Counted from the first letter of the stretch, positions 9,948 to 22,894 are shown. The stretch: 43,438 bases of DNA from Tubiluchus corallicola (GCA_030141605.1 JAQGDQ010001383.1:1-43438), one strand, 5' to 3'. Notes: generated by a model from the sequence alone, not told the origin. Program-made: numbers and translations.

Positions 9948-10080
9948 ACTGTGTTGGGTGTGGTGTGTTTTGGTCAGGTGTGTGGTGCTGCGGCATGGTG
10001 TGGTGCTGTGTTGTGGTATGGTGTGGTAGGTGTGGTATGAGAGGGGGGTGGTTGTTTGGTGTGGTTTAGGTTGTTGTTGC
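9948..10080. repeat. Degenerate (TGTGG)n / GT-rich simple repeat
   Basis: Visible TGGTG/TGTGG periodicity. Similar tracts occur at about 22895-23110 and inverted at about 15060-15150. Confidence 0.75.
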
Positions 10081-10979
10081 TAAATAAGTACATCGCTGAA
10101 AAAATAGAAAAATATTTACAATTTGTTGAAGCTTGCAAAGTTGCAAAAGTAATGTGACATAGCAATACAAATAAATGAAACTAATATAGTTTTGGCTTTG
10201 GTGTGTCTGTTACTGCTGTTGTTGTTGTTTTTTTGTGTCGGCGTGGTTGTCGTTATTGTTATTCTGATGCTCTTGTTGATGTTATTGTTCGAAAATGGCA
10301 AAATGTTAACTGTTTGCAAATACCTAAACATAGTTTTTGTTTACAATAATTAAACATGGCTGTACATTGGCTGAGCTTTTGATTTCATGTGACATATTAT
10401 ATACACATAGTACAAGGTAAAAGTGTAAAATAAGAAAAATCCTCATGAAAACCCTTTGCAGTTTCACAGTATAGCATTTTATTTATCCCAAAGAAACGTG
10501 AAATAACTCCAAATTTCACTTTCATTTTTCTTCTGCAGACAATAAAAAAACATAAAGGTACTTATTTGAATACGATAGGCTAATATTTTGACGGCTTTGT
10601 GACTCATAAAAACAAATGATAGTTATAAGATGAAGGAAATAATGAAACGAAATATTATTAATCTTGCTTGGTACTCATCTGCTTCGCCTTTAGCCCTGTC
10701 TATCGGCGCAAAAAAGCTAATTCCTATTCTAGAAAGTGAAGGATCGTATGCCTTAATCCCTGCTTATTCCTGTAGTAATATCGAATCAGCAAGTCAATAA
10801 TATTTGTAAGGAAGAACCAAAATAAAGTGTAACAATAGTTGAAGTTTCGTCTGGTTAGTCTTCCCTGTAGGCTTCGCTATCCATAAAGTGTTTAATGCTA
10901 TATGGACGAAAGGTGATTCTTTTCTTTATTAAATGATTCATCATTTAATGATGGAGACATGGGTTTCATCTCTTCTGAA

Positions 10980-11275
10980 TTAAATAATAGCTTTTACTGC
11001 TCCTTTCAGATCACCATGGCACAGGTGCTTTTCGGTCTTTCCATAGCCACTGGTTAACTTGTTTCTCATGTACTGATGGTACAAGATGAGCCAAGCTGCA
11101 GAAACACGATGTTTTACCAATGTTGAGAAATAAGTGAGCAGTTTTCCTATTGGCTGTTCTTGGATGACCAAGTTGATCTGTACTTCCTTCACCTCTTCAT
11201 GATCATCAAATACGGGGAATTGGGTTAACTGTACTGGTCACTTGGCTTCTGTTTTCAGAGAAAAGGTTGAACAAC
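10980..11275 (-). mobile_element. BEL/Pao RNase H-integrase linker fragment
   Basis: Minus strand K*P..FDDHEEVK..IGKLLTYFSTLVKHRVSAAWLILY..DLKGAVKAII resembles the BEL WP..EVK..YFSSW.KL..AW.LR..EL..AE..II segment. Confidence 0.6.
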
Positions 11276-11365
11276 GTGTAGTATTGTGTCATGGACAAAA
11301 ACAAAATTAAAGCGTTTATCCAATTTGTTGTAAATGAAAATATTTTTATCAATAAACTACATACA

Positions 11366-11368
<3 letters not shown>

Positions 11369-11403
<35 letters not shown>
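11369..11403. repeat. (AT)n microsatellite
   Basis: Pure AT dinucleotide run. Confidence 0.95.
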
Positions 11404-11405
<2 letters not shown>

Positions 11406-13217
11406 AAGATATATATATATCGCTTGATCATACAATTAATAATTTTTCCTTGTAATTAATATTGTTATAAATGTGCTACATTAATAATTACTACATTTGA
11501 AACAAATTTCATAGTTCATAGTTCACGTATTTTTATTTAGGATTTTTTCTTAAAATTTTGTGATTTTAATGACAATTTAAAGTGAATTTCTCTACCCCAC
11601 AAAAGCGAAAGATTGATGTTTTATGTTTACTGGAAATATTCAAAGATTTCGAAAAGGAATAAGCAGCAACCAGAAGCACATTTGTAGCTTTAATTCTTAA
11701 TAATACCAACATTATTAAGCAACAGTAATGTTGGCTTTGCAACTGTAAAGTAAAAAATGCATTGTTTTGCTTGTTGTCTTTGCTGTTTGGAGGTGATGTG
11801 ACGTTTTTAAATGTAATTTTCTGAAGCAGCACCGCCACTAATTTTACTTACCAGCCGCCACTTGCTTCGTGTGCACGTCAGTCCCCACCATTAGCCGTAT
11901 TGATATGTGTTATGAATTTATTTTGGAATATAAAACTATTCATTAAAGAATAAAGACAACCAGTTATTGAATACGCATAATCAAAGAGGATTATTCATTG
12001 TATTCTGCAGAGATCTCACTCAGCTTCTCCCTCCCATTTAAAATACTTATGAAAGCGTCCTGTCAATGTAGATAAATAGAGATTTATCTTCAAGGGGAAT
12101 TATAAATAATTAGAATTAATTAGAAGAAGTTCGCTCATATTGATCTGTATCTCCGAGACAGGTGCAAATTAATAAATGGTAGAATGTAATTCGAAGCTCA
12201 TTAGCAGTGTCCACGAGCAATGACGAAGATGGTACTTGGTCAGTTGTCCTACTGTTCATATTTGAGAGGACTGTTGTCAGAGCTCGATCATGTGAACCTA
12301 GAACCTGACTGCTGGCTAATTTAGTAAATGCTTAATGAGTGTTGAAAGTAGGTCCATGAATTTTGGAGTAGTGGCATTCGAGGACTCTGTCGTACAAACA
12401 GTAAAAAGTATAGAGGCACATAAAGTCGAGATGCCCAGATGGTTGGGGTGGCAAAGCGCTCAGAAGTCAGAATACTCGGATAACCAGCCATCATATGTAT
12501 CATACAAAAATGACCAAGTGATTTTATCAGGGGGTCACGGCGAGAGTCGAGGCTTTTTGGTCGATGTCTGGAAGGTTAAAATTGCTTGATTCAGAAGGCT
12601 TGAACTCTGAAGGCAGGACTTCATCTGCGTCGTTGGATTGAAGCAACGTCTGAAACTCATAACAACTCATAACTATTAGGAACTTAGCTGGGCCAATTAT
12701 TGGGACTCTTAAATTTGCCAGTCTCAGAGTTAAGTGATTTTATACCTCTGATTTTAAGTGATCTTATATAAGTGACTTGGTCTAACCGCACTCTTATGCG
12801 TGAAATGTTTATGTAGATAGATATGTTTGAGAGTATTCAAAGATACGTTTTATCAAAAATGTTGTGCCAAAAAACACTACGCAATATTAGGGCATGCTAG
12901 CTGAAATACAAATATGGCTTATTTTATGTAGAATAGAATATAAGAAATTAGATTAATAGAGAATGAAAGAGAAAAATTACAAAACAGCTTTCTCTAAACA
13001 AATAATCTTTATTTTGCTATCAAAGAAAAGAAGTAGACTTTGATTTTGGTTTAACTAGTAGTCAGCTGAGTGTAGGTGACTTTCTATTTATGGTCTGTAT
13101 GCATGAATACGATGTACCTTCCAATAGGAACTTGAATCTCATTTAGTAACACAGTATCATATTGCTAACTTTTATGACTGTTTGTTACTGAAGTGAACAA
13201 ACGTCTTGCAACAAATA

Positions 13218-13948
13218 AGCGGGTGGCTACGATTGATATGAAATCAATCATCCGGAACATCAATGATCGAAAAGAGGATGCTTCTTGGGGTCCAAATGCA
13301 ACATTTCGGTTTCCGCTGTTTGGGGGATTGGAGCAATATGGCAGCAAGTTTACAATTCTCTTCCTGATGACAACCGTCGGTTAAACGAAGAAGTTCATGT
13401 GATTGATGTTGAAAACAAACGTATAACAATGAAATCAGGTGAAGAAATGCCCTACGATTATATAATCAACACAATGCCACTGGACTTATTAACAGATAAA
13501 CTTCTAGGAGACAGTCAATACCTACCAGTTCTGAAAGAGCAAAAGGACATTCCATGGCATTCATCAACCCACATTGTGGGGCTAGGTCTAGAGGGGAAGG
13601 TACCAAACCACATGTCCAATAAGTGCTGGCTTTATTTTCCTGAAGATAACTGTGAGTTTTACAGGGTGACAATTTTGTCCAACTATTCTCCACATACGGT
13701 GCCAAAACCAGGGGAACAGTGGTCTTTATTGTTTGAAATATGTGAAACAGAAGTCAAGCCTGTTCGTTCTGACATTGTACGAGCGGCAATAGATGGAGCC
13801 ATAAATGTAGGACTAATATCCCCAAACGACAATATTATCAGCAAGTGGCACAAACGACTGGAGTACGGCTATCCAACGCCATTTCTTACAGGCACAAAGT
13901 TTTTGGACACCGTCCAGCCAATTCTGAAAAAAATGGGAATCTACTCTC
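13218..13948 (+). pseudogene. glf: Inverted partial duplicate of the UGM gene, truncated at both ends
   Basis: Highly similar reverse complement of 6685-7403 (RVATID through MGIYS). It has the same frameshift at G5 (13322-13326) and lacks both the N-terminal FAD motif and the C-terminal RGRFG..NQDH motif. Confidence 0.92.
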
Positions 13949-15207
13949 TGGATTGGTTAACTAATTTTTCACTCCTTATAGAGTACAAACCCAACATCAG
14001 CAGGGCAGCGCTAGTTCAATTTTTTCAATGGGGGAGGTGTAAGTGCAGCTCTATGGCATTTCCCGCGAGATGCAAAAAGTTAATTACTCATTAATTAGAC
14101 AACGTACTGCAAAGTTGTTCACGGGGAAGGTAACTATAAAATAATTTTAACTTGATTTTCATGATATTTCCACTTTAAGCAATGTCAGTACTTTGTGTTG
14201 CTAAAGGGCAAAAATATCTTCTGTTCTTTTTGCAGGACAATATTAAGCACGAAAAGTGGTACTGATTCACACTGTTTTGTAAAAATTATATCAATATTAG
14301 AAGACTGTTGTAGACTATTATTAATTCTGCGTATTAGTCCAGTTTAATTTTCTTAACTCTTTCCCAGTAGTAGTTTTGAAATTCAAGTGTGTAATCGCAG
14401 GACATATCGCTGTAAGATAAATATTGCGGCATCTTGGATTTGAAAACTCTTTGTGTCGACCGTTTTTGAAGGAATGTTAAATATTTGTGAAATCTCTCAA
14501 GTTTTTCGAACTGTCCTGGGAAGATGAATTTATATTTACACCGTCAGCTGTTTCTTCTTTCACGAAATCTGCACCATAAAATTAATTGTACAAGTAATGT
14601 TTGTAAAGAGAACATAATTATATGATGTTAAAATAAAGATGTCAAAAAATGATATTGTTGTGAGACAGGAATTTACAACATCACAGGCATGTGTTTACCA
14701 TTGTAATTAGACAGGGCGAGTCTTCTTATCAACTGTTGGCCCGTCGCTGCCAATAGCCCACCACCTCAAATTCAGGTAAACTGTGCTCTGGTCGCATTGG
14801 TGTTAGTAGAGAATGTTTCAATACAACAGGAAAAACAGCACCACAGTCAAAGCATTATAAAGCCTAATAAACAAACACTAGGCCTAGTCATTGGCATTTC
14901 CACAGTAGTCTATATAAGAAAAAGTAACCAGTGAAGAGAGTGAAAGTGGCATAGCTGCAAAACAAAGGCTCACTCAGACAACAGCAACAGCAACAACCAC
15001 AAAAACTGCATCAAAGAAAATTTGCTCACACATCCATAATGACAACCCTCTGTCGCATCAACACTGCACCATGCAACTCACACCACACTCTCCAGGCACG
15101 TCACACGAACCGCACCACAACGCTCACACAATACCATTCCACGTCACCATATACATGAGCTACATCTAATCTATAGCCAGAGGGCATCTAAGAAGAGTTC
15201 AGCACTG

Positions 15208-15250
<43 letters not shown>
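15208..15250. repeat. (ATT)n microsatellite
   Basis: Pure ATT trinucleotide run. Confidence 0.95.
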
Positions 15251-15252
<2 letters not shown>

Positions 15253-15520
15253 ACTGTTTATTTATGTATAAAAATAATACATAATGATTACATATATACA
15301 TGCCTCCATTTGCAGGCAATATTTTGATTATATTCTATTTTTCAATTTTTTCCTGTGGGTAAAGCGGGAATAACAATAAATTATCGGGTTTTTGCGCCCT
15401 TGGTTCTGTCTGAGATCATATTCAGCATCTATTACTCCTCTGATGGTGTGGGTTGTTATTGTGAGTTCATCCTCAACATTTTTTATGCGGGGTTCAGCTA
15501 GTACAGAATTATTGCTATGA

Positions 15521-15846
15521 GGTCTGTCAATAGAGTAAAATGCTGACTGTGCAAAATGACAAAACCTATCCTGGTCTGTCAATAGAGTAAAATGCTGACT
15601 GTGCAAAATGACAAAACCTATCCTGGTCTGTCAATAGAGTAAAATGCTGACAGTGCTAAACGGTAGAACGTATCCTGGTCTGTCAAATACGTAAAACCGC
15701 TGACGGTGCAAATTGGTAAAACGCATCCTGGTCTATCTACGTGAAAATGCTGATAGCGCAATTTTAGCCTGTTTGTTGAGTAAAACGCTAAGAGAGCAAA
15801 ATAATATACAAGTATAATAGCATTTTGGAAATCCTACAAAAAACTT
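15521..15846 (+). repeat. 52-53 bp tandem array (about 4 units) plus unique tail; left arm of an inverted pair with 18570-19046
   Basis: Unit GGTCTGTCAATAGAGTAAAATGCTGACTGTGCAAAATGACAAAACCTATCCT, starting at 15521, 15573 and 15625. Confidence 0.9.
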
Positions 15847-15853
15847 GGCTCTT

Positions 15854-15996
15854 CTACTTCGTTCTCTCATTGACATCAAAACTACTTCGCACTCTCATTG
15901 ACATCAAAACTGCTTTGTACTCTCATTGACAGGAAAACTACTTCGTACTCTCATTGACAGGAAAACTACTTCGTACTCTCATTAACATCAAAACTA
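15854..15996. repeat. 28-bp tandem repeat, 5 copies
   Basis: Unit CTACTTCGTACTCTCATTGACA(TC/GG)AAAA. Confidence 0.93.
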
Positions 15997-16374
15997 AACG
16001 ATCTCCTAGAAAAGACCGACATTTTGTCATCACTTGTTTGGCTAAATTAATTATTTCATTTGGTCCTGAGTAAAATGTGCGCATTAAAAGATACGCGTTG
16101 TATAATGTCAATGGTTATCATTGCGCTTTTTCTACAATAATAAAAATTAATAAAATATTAACAGCAAAGCCAACAATGATCATGAGAAATATAAAATGGC
16201 GGTAGGCAATTAGCACATGATCATTTGATGCAGGCGCCCTAGCAATTACCGCGGTGATTACAAATATTCCAATTGGTTGTAAAGAAATAAGACGAGTTTT
16301 GCTAAAATCAAACTGAAAACTAAGGCACAACAGGAGCACAGAAAAAAATGAAACTCATAGAAAAATGCCAGTTA

Positions 16375-16790
16375 TTAGATCATAAGGCTGCTTGAACATA
16401 AAAAATAAAATTGTAAACCAAAATCACCTGCCAGAATAGTCGAGCTGAAACAGCCCAGTGGTACCACCATGCTTGATTTCTGTGATCTCGGGTTCAATTT
16501 CACGGTCGATTCACCCCAAAGGTTTTGCAAACTGACTGATTCATGCAACGTGCGAGTAATAACATCCATTGTTATGTAATTTATTTCTCTAGCGTTCTTC
16601 AAAGAAGTCACAAAGCTTTTTATGTTAACTGTTGTCCTGAGAACCAAACAAAAAATGAAGGTTATTGCTAGATTGTGGAAGGTCTTACCAAAGGTATTCG
16701 TTCGAAGTGCTCTCATAGAATGGGGTGCTAGAAATAGATCAAACTATGAATTAAGGGCATTCTGAATCGCTTGATTTGTTAAAAAATTCA
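16375..16790 (-). mobile_element. Very degenerate reverse transcriptase fragment, possibly Penelope-like
   Basis: VNIKSFVTS and SMVVPLGCFSSTILAGDF resemble the Penelope-type D(I/V)KSLFT and G.PMGS.LSP.LA motifs, but the catalytic residues are decayed. Confidence 0.4.
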
Positions 16791-17199
16791 GTTTCAAGTT
16801 ATTTTTAATAAGAAAGAAATAATTGCTTTGTAGTTTGTTAAGTATCCGTAAGTTATTCAAAATAAAATTTAATAATTTTGTTTCTAACTGTGTCTGTGTT
16901 TCAAATATAGGCTGTATCCTACAGAATACATTGGGATTTAATGATTATAAAAAGCAAAAACTGCATTATATGGGTACCTGAAAATTATTCAACAAAATAT
17001 TTGATGAAATTTGAGCCATAGTTCACATATATCTCGAATTTATTAGGTGATTATAAAATGCGTTTTTTTATAAAATCGCGAGTTATATAATATTTGCATT
17101 TGGAAGCTCAAGAAACAATTGCCATTCTGTTTAAAACATGAAAACGCTTTGTGCAGTTTATGCATTTCGTTTATCTCGTCATTTCGTCATTTGGCAAAG

Positions 17200-18300
17200 T
17201 GTCCAATCTGTACCTTCCAGCTAAAATGCTTGCTCCACTTTTTCGACTGACTTTAGGAAGTAATCCATATAAAAATTGTAAAGCGCAGTTGCTACCGTTT
17301 TTTTGTCAAAGCTATCTTTGTGGTCCAATGCAATGTGTTTCATGGCAAACAAGGCTGCGCTGGGGGAGACTCCCCACCTCTCCAAAAGATGCACAGTCAT
17401 TCTAAGTATCTGAAGAGGCTGGTCAGTTCGTCCTTCAGGCCACCAATTGAACCTCATCATATCTATGCTTGGGCGAAACGAACACTTGGTGATACCTCTC
17501 ATGTATGTCTGCTAGCACGGCAACTTGAGCAGTTATTTGCCGACACGTTATATACATTGCCGCCCTTTGAACAGCTGTGACTGATGCCAAGCATTCTGTT
17601 GTCTAGCATCAGTGATTGTCGAACAAAAACGCGAGGCAACATGATTCTGTTCTCACCAAAGCTGTCCATAACAACACGAGTTGTAACTAAAGTGTCTGCT
17701 TTACATTGGCGTTTCTCGATTGTGGTTAGACCAAGAACATCCTCTTTTCCTTCAGCACCTGGAACAAAACGTGTTCGTAGATCCAGGGTCTAACAGAGCC
17801 ATGGCTTCAACAGGCTTTCTTCCACGTACCTGTACTTGAACTTTGACCATAGGCAACGCAATCTTCTTTCCTTTAGAACTGACCCTATTTGCACAGCTTG
17901 TAGCTTCAGACTCATCTTTTCTTTCCTGCTCATCGGTGGCAAGCCTATAAATGTCTGAAGAAGAGCTGCTCAGCCTCCCCACTGCATCGTGCAATAAAGC
18001 TGAATGCTTCTTGTTGCATTCATTAACACTGCAGGACGGTTTGAAACATCTAGCTGCACTGTGTTTTCCTTTCGCCAAACAATTAAAGCAGAGGAGTTCC
18101 TTATGCACGAAATTCAACTTATCTAGGGCATCCATAGCTGCAAAAGTTTCACGCTGTCTGAGAGATGAATTTTTGTTCGCGGCTTTTCTTGATTTGTTGT
18201 CGCCTTGCCATTGTTTGTTTGAGTGCTTTAGCAGAGGTGGCATAATTTTTGGCAGAGTTGATTCGTTTGTCCCAATCGCCGAGGCTTCCATACACAGGGT
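17200..18300 (-). mobile_element. BEL/Pao LTR retrotransposon gag-protease-RT remnant with internal deletions and frameshifts
   Basis: BEL-type Cys/His array LCFNCLAKGKHSAARC..CSVNECNKKHSALLH, protease ALLDPGSTNTF, and RT segments RFNWWPEG, SPSAALFAM and NFYMDY (decayed FYVDD). Confidence 0.88.
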
Positions 18301-18569
18301 GGTTCATTTTTCAACATTTTCCTGATAGGTAAATAAATCCTGATAAGCTAAAAAAATTCTGATAAGCGATTTCGTCGTGCATTATTAAAACAAGTTCAAA
18401 CTTTTTTATTTTCATAATGCTTTTCTTTGCGCAATCTTTTTTTTTTAAATTTAGTTCGTGAATAGTTGGCATTCTATTTCCTTTTTTATTTTCGTTGTAT
18501 GGAAATTGCTGAATTCACCTTGCATGTATGCCTTAACTATAGGTAAAATTTGCAACAGTTTTATTGTAA

Positions 18570-19046
18570 AGTTTCGACTATGGTTTTAGATCGCTTTACC
18601 TGCATATCATTTTGGTCTATTAGCGTTTTGCTCAGAAAACAGGTTAAATTTGCTCTATCAGTGTTTTAACGTAGACAGACTAGGATACGTTTTACCATTT
18701 TGCACCGTCTGCATTTCTATGTAATTATCAGAACAGGATGCGTTTTACCATTTTGCACCGTCAGCATTTCTACGTAATTGTCAGAACAGGATGCGTTTTA
18801 CCATTTTGCACTGTCAGCGTTTCTATGTAATTGTCAGAACAGGATACGTTTTACCATTTTGCACCGTCTGCATTTCTATGTAATTGTCAGAACAGGATGC
18901 GTTTTACCATTTTGCACCGTCTGCATTTCTATGTAATTGTCAGAACAGGATGCGTTTTACCATTTGCACCATCAGCATTTCTACGTAATTGTCAGAACAG
19001 GATGCGTTTTGTCATTTTGGACCATCAGCGTTTCTATGTAATTGTC
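18570..19046 (-). repeat. 53-bp tandem array (about 7 units) plus unique tail; right arm, inverted homolog of 15521-15846
   Basis: CAGAACAGG recurs at 18729, 18782, 18835, 18888, 18941 and 18993. The reverse complement contains GCTGACGGTGCAAAATGGTAAAACGCATCCTG, matching about 15699-15730. Confidence 0.92.
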
Positions 19047-19224
19047 TAACTGAGTATCATTCAAAATGGAACCTACAATCAAACATACCACCGAAATTAA
19101 TTATTAGAATAGCAAAGGCCTCTCAAGACAAGCAAATTTTGCACGTTAATTTTTACTCGTGTAAGGTTGTCCCATCAAACCTTAGAGGTACATAATTTGT
19201 CAATTCTTAAATTGAAGTTTTGAT

Positions 19225-19640
19225 AATATAAAGCGTCTGGGCATTATTTTTGACTCGACACTTGCTTGGGAACCCTCCTGTAAAATACATAGAAAATAAA
19301 TCTAGATTATGGTATTGTAAATTAGTCATATTTTTCAACGACAAATTTCATTAGAATTGAAAGAGTGTAATATCGATCTATGATGTTAATGGCTGGGGCG
19401 ATAAAGGGATCGACCCGAACAAAATGTTAACTCAATGCTTAGTATGCACTAACTTCAAACCGTTCAAATAATCCAAAAAACATATTCTAATCAGTTCTTG
19501 AATAAATTTCGTCTCAACAACCACTTTGCTTCCACATTTCTTTTAAGGCCTACAATATAGTTGTATAATAGTTTTTCTCCAAAAAGGCGTTCGCCAATGG
19601 AATAATTTACCTATCATTTCTCCATTTGCCCTTAAAAGTA
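19225..19640 (+). mobile_element. Degenerate LINE ORF2 C-terminal fragment
   Basis: KRLGIIFDSTLAWEP at about 19230 and WNNLP at about 19598. Confidence 0.6.
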
Positions 19641-20169
19641 GGTTCTTAAACCTATGCAGAGTTCATACTAAATGAGTAAGCCCCAGTTATAATGATGATC
19701 GAAGTAATGAGATTTCAACTAATAGATTCATTGTCTATTTTTCGCAAACAAAATGTGATTTCTTTTTCAGGAATATTATCAATGAACCATTATGTAGCTG
19801 CAACAATGTGTGGTATTTATCTAGAAATTGATTGAATTGACTATGAAAACATCTTTCAAGACATTCGGAAAAAAAGATAGCAAACACACCTATATAGCCT
19901 ATAATTATTCATCTCTGGATTTAAATGAAGGCACAACTAAAGCTAATTTCATATTATCGGGAAATATACCGGTGCTTTGAAAGGTGATTAGGTGATATAA
20001 TGGTAATGAAATTTGCTGAATTTCGTCTAAAACAATCTTAGGAAAAAAACTAAATTATCCGAACATTTTTAGGATTAAAAGGTTTTAGTGATTTTTATAT
20101 ATATCCCCATGTGTGACTGGAAAAAAGGGAGTTCTTAGTGTTCGTGTAAATAATGTACATAATTTACTG

Positions 20170-20960
20170 CTATGGGACCGACTTGGTTAGCTAAATTAAT
20201 GTCAAAATATGTACTGAACGTGTAAGCTATTAAGGAATTATTAGTTATTATTTTGTTATTTATATTTAGTTTGATGTTATATACATTTTCTGATTCCTCA
20301 TCTCTTTCATTACAAACCAGGTTCTTTTTAAAATTGCTGGAAACGAACTCTAATTTGTTTTGATAGCAAGTATCTTTATATTCTTATAAGTTTGTTTAAT
20401 CCATTACTGTTTGTAACTGGCAAGTACAGGTGGATCATTTTCTTTCAAGCTAAATTTATACAGTCTGTTGTTCTATAAAATACAGTATATTTTGAAAAAC
20501 TATAAGTGATCCAAGGCTTTTTAGGTTTTTTAGATAAAGTGATGAAATTCTTCTCTTTAACATGCACAAAACAGACATCATATAACTTTTTATACAATAG
20601 TTCCATTGCTGAATTAACACCATTCAAAACTTGTTTCAAATTTAACAGCATCATTATACATAGATCTCTTGGGGTTTCTTTTATTGACAGATGGTATTTT
20701 TAAATCAATTAATGCAAATATAGGTAAGTGGTCAGTCATATTTGTAAGCATATCAACAGTCTTATAGTCATATTCAATTGTATTAGCAAGTACGTTATCA
20801 ATAAGAGTAGCACATAATTCAGTAATCCTAGATGGACAAGTTGTTGTAGGAAATACACAATTAGATAGCATATTTTAAGGAAGTATTTAGTGTCATTATG
20901 TTCAACGTAATTGAGTAGGTTTATGCTGATATCGCCTAATAGGGTAACACAGTGGGCGCC
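20170..20960 (-). mobile_element. Degenerate CR1/L2-group LINE, APE endonuclease C-terminus and linker
   Basis: LLGDISINLL, PSRITELCATLIDNVL, TDHLPIF (SDH motif), KKPWIT. Confidence 0.82.
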
Positions 20961-21074
20961 GCTTGATAGACTCATGGTTAATCGACTCAGAAACGCCTGA
21001 AACTAGCTGCTCTATTCAATTATACATAAAAACTATCGATAATTGTCTCAAATAAGTCCACTGTGCACTATGTA

Positions 21075-21470
21075 TGTGACAGTCATGTTTGAAGTTGTTG
21101 TTCACTCACTTTGTCATGATTGAGCTTAGGCACAGAAGTATGAATAGGAATAAAAAATCTATAATACATATTTGCACAGCACACAACAGAAAAGTGTTTA
21201 TTAAACTACAGACACATGAGTAGCACGACTGCTGCACTGAACACTGAGAGTGAGAGTGAGAGAGACTAGAAAGAAAAACCAGTCAGTATAAATAGTATAG
21301 GACTTGCACAGGCTTCACAACAACCATTACTTTTAAATAGGAAGAGGATCAGTGTGTATGTATTCACTGGACCATACGATTATACTGAAGGTAGGTCAGC
21401 TGATAGAATGTAGCAGGATTAGCACATAGATGGCAGCATCTACTTACAATGTACAATTCCAACTTCCACA
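21075..21470 (-). mobile_element. Solo LTR (396 bp) with a 5-bp target-site duplication ATGTA
   Basis: TGTG...CACA termini, flanked by ATGTA at 21070-21074 and 21471-21475. The minus strand carries a TATA-like element, a CT-rich tract and AATAAAC in LTR order. An alternative right end at 21448 is also followed by ATGTA. Confidence 0.65.
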
Positions 21471-22894
21471 ATGTATACAGAAACAATCATGTCAAGTACC
21501 GTTTTGTTTATAAGCGGGTATCATGCCCTAATACAATAGCCTGCCGGTTTGAATCTCTTACCCGTTCGCCCACTGTTACCTAAAGAATTTCTGGAATCTA
21601 GACATTTAATCACTTGCTTAGGGGTTTCCTTATAAAGCTCTCGTTACTCCACGCTTTCAAGCTTAATAAGTTAACCGTCAAAGATGCAGGTACCGTAACC
21701 AGACAATATTCCTTGAGACTTACAAGACTAAACATCGTACGCAAATATGCCTTTAAATGCGAGCACAATATGTGCATAAAATTGCTGTAGAGTAATATAA
21801 TTTTTATGGCAATTTTTCTGAAACGTGCTTCAGATACCCCTTTTATTGTCCTTTAAAAAAGTCTGGCATTTAATTGTGAATTAGCAGAGTAACCAACTTC
21901 TTTAAATTAATTCAGAGATATAATTATTAACATGTTCTAATGCTTATATATCCTGCTTCCATAATTCCCCCTAATCTTTTAGACTGTTGACACAACATGT
22001 CGTGAAAAGTTTGATCTGAAAAAGAAGAGCTTTTTTTCATATTAAAAGAGTTTTTAGCTAAAGCAAAAGTATCGTTAACAATAGCTGTGCCATCATCTTC
22101 AGCAGCAACAACAACAGCAGCAGCAGCAACATCAGTGTCATCTCCCAAGCATGTAGTTTCGTTTAAGAATTGTGTCCTTAATTGTTGTATTTGGGAATAT
22201 GCATAGTTGTCTGCATTTTTCCAATTTGGGAATGTGCATAGTTTTTCGGTATTTTTCCAATTTTTAATGTGCATAGTTTCTCAGTATTTTTGGTTTAATA
22301 GCGCATTCAACAGTGGGTGTCATAGTCACAGAATTCGGGGGAGGGCCGCGGTGCCCCGTGTTGGGCATTTTCCTGGACCCAACCACGCAAATCTTGCAGA
22401 AAACTGCTCAAACAGCCTGGAGGAAAATTCAAATTGTGCAACTGTTTGGGCAAGCTGGGAAAAAATAAGCACGCTCGCAGAAATAAGACAAAACAGTCTA
22501 CAAATTTTTGAAGGTTTTGTTGAGAGAGATGTATACTGGACGAAACGTGAGTGGTGTATTTCGATGTTCTTTTTCTACCCTCTGTGCTGCACGCTATTTG
22601 GAACATCCATTGTATTCGAGTTCGAGAAATTTCGCGGCTGTTCCAGGCATTGTTGCCATCCGTCGTTCTACAGTGTTATAGAATATACATGTAAGTAAGA
22701 TATGTTAGCCTTTTATAATCTGAGAACAGCAAACAAAACTATGTGTAATGTCCACGCATTATTGATCATTAGTAAACAGACTAAGAGTATTTATTATAGC
22801 ACACAGTTTCGACTTTGCGGAAAACTTTTCGAATGTTTTTTGTGATGCTGTGCTGTTGGTACTGGTGATGTAGGTGTCGTCATTGTTGCCGCCA

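Noticed and set aside
11950-12700. Possible Penelope-like terminal region and an 84-aa ORF
   Set aside because: The resemblance is too faint to support without a search.
15521-19046. CRISPR-like arrays (also 3701-3796 and 15854-15996)
   Set aside because: The units are head-to-tail with no unique spacers, no cas genes are present, and the context is eukaryotic.
21927-22698. Cluster of 99-163 aa ORFs
   Set aside because: No recognisable domain, partly low-complexity, and no splice pattern I could support.
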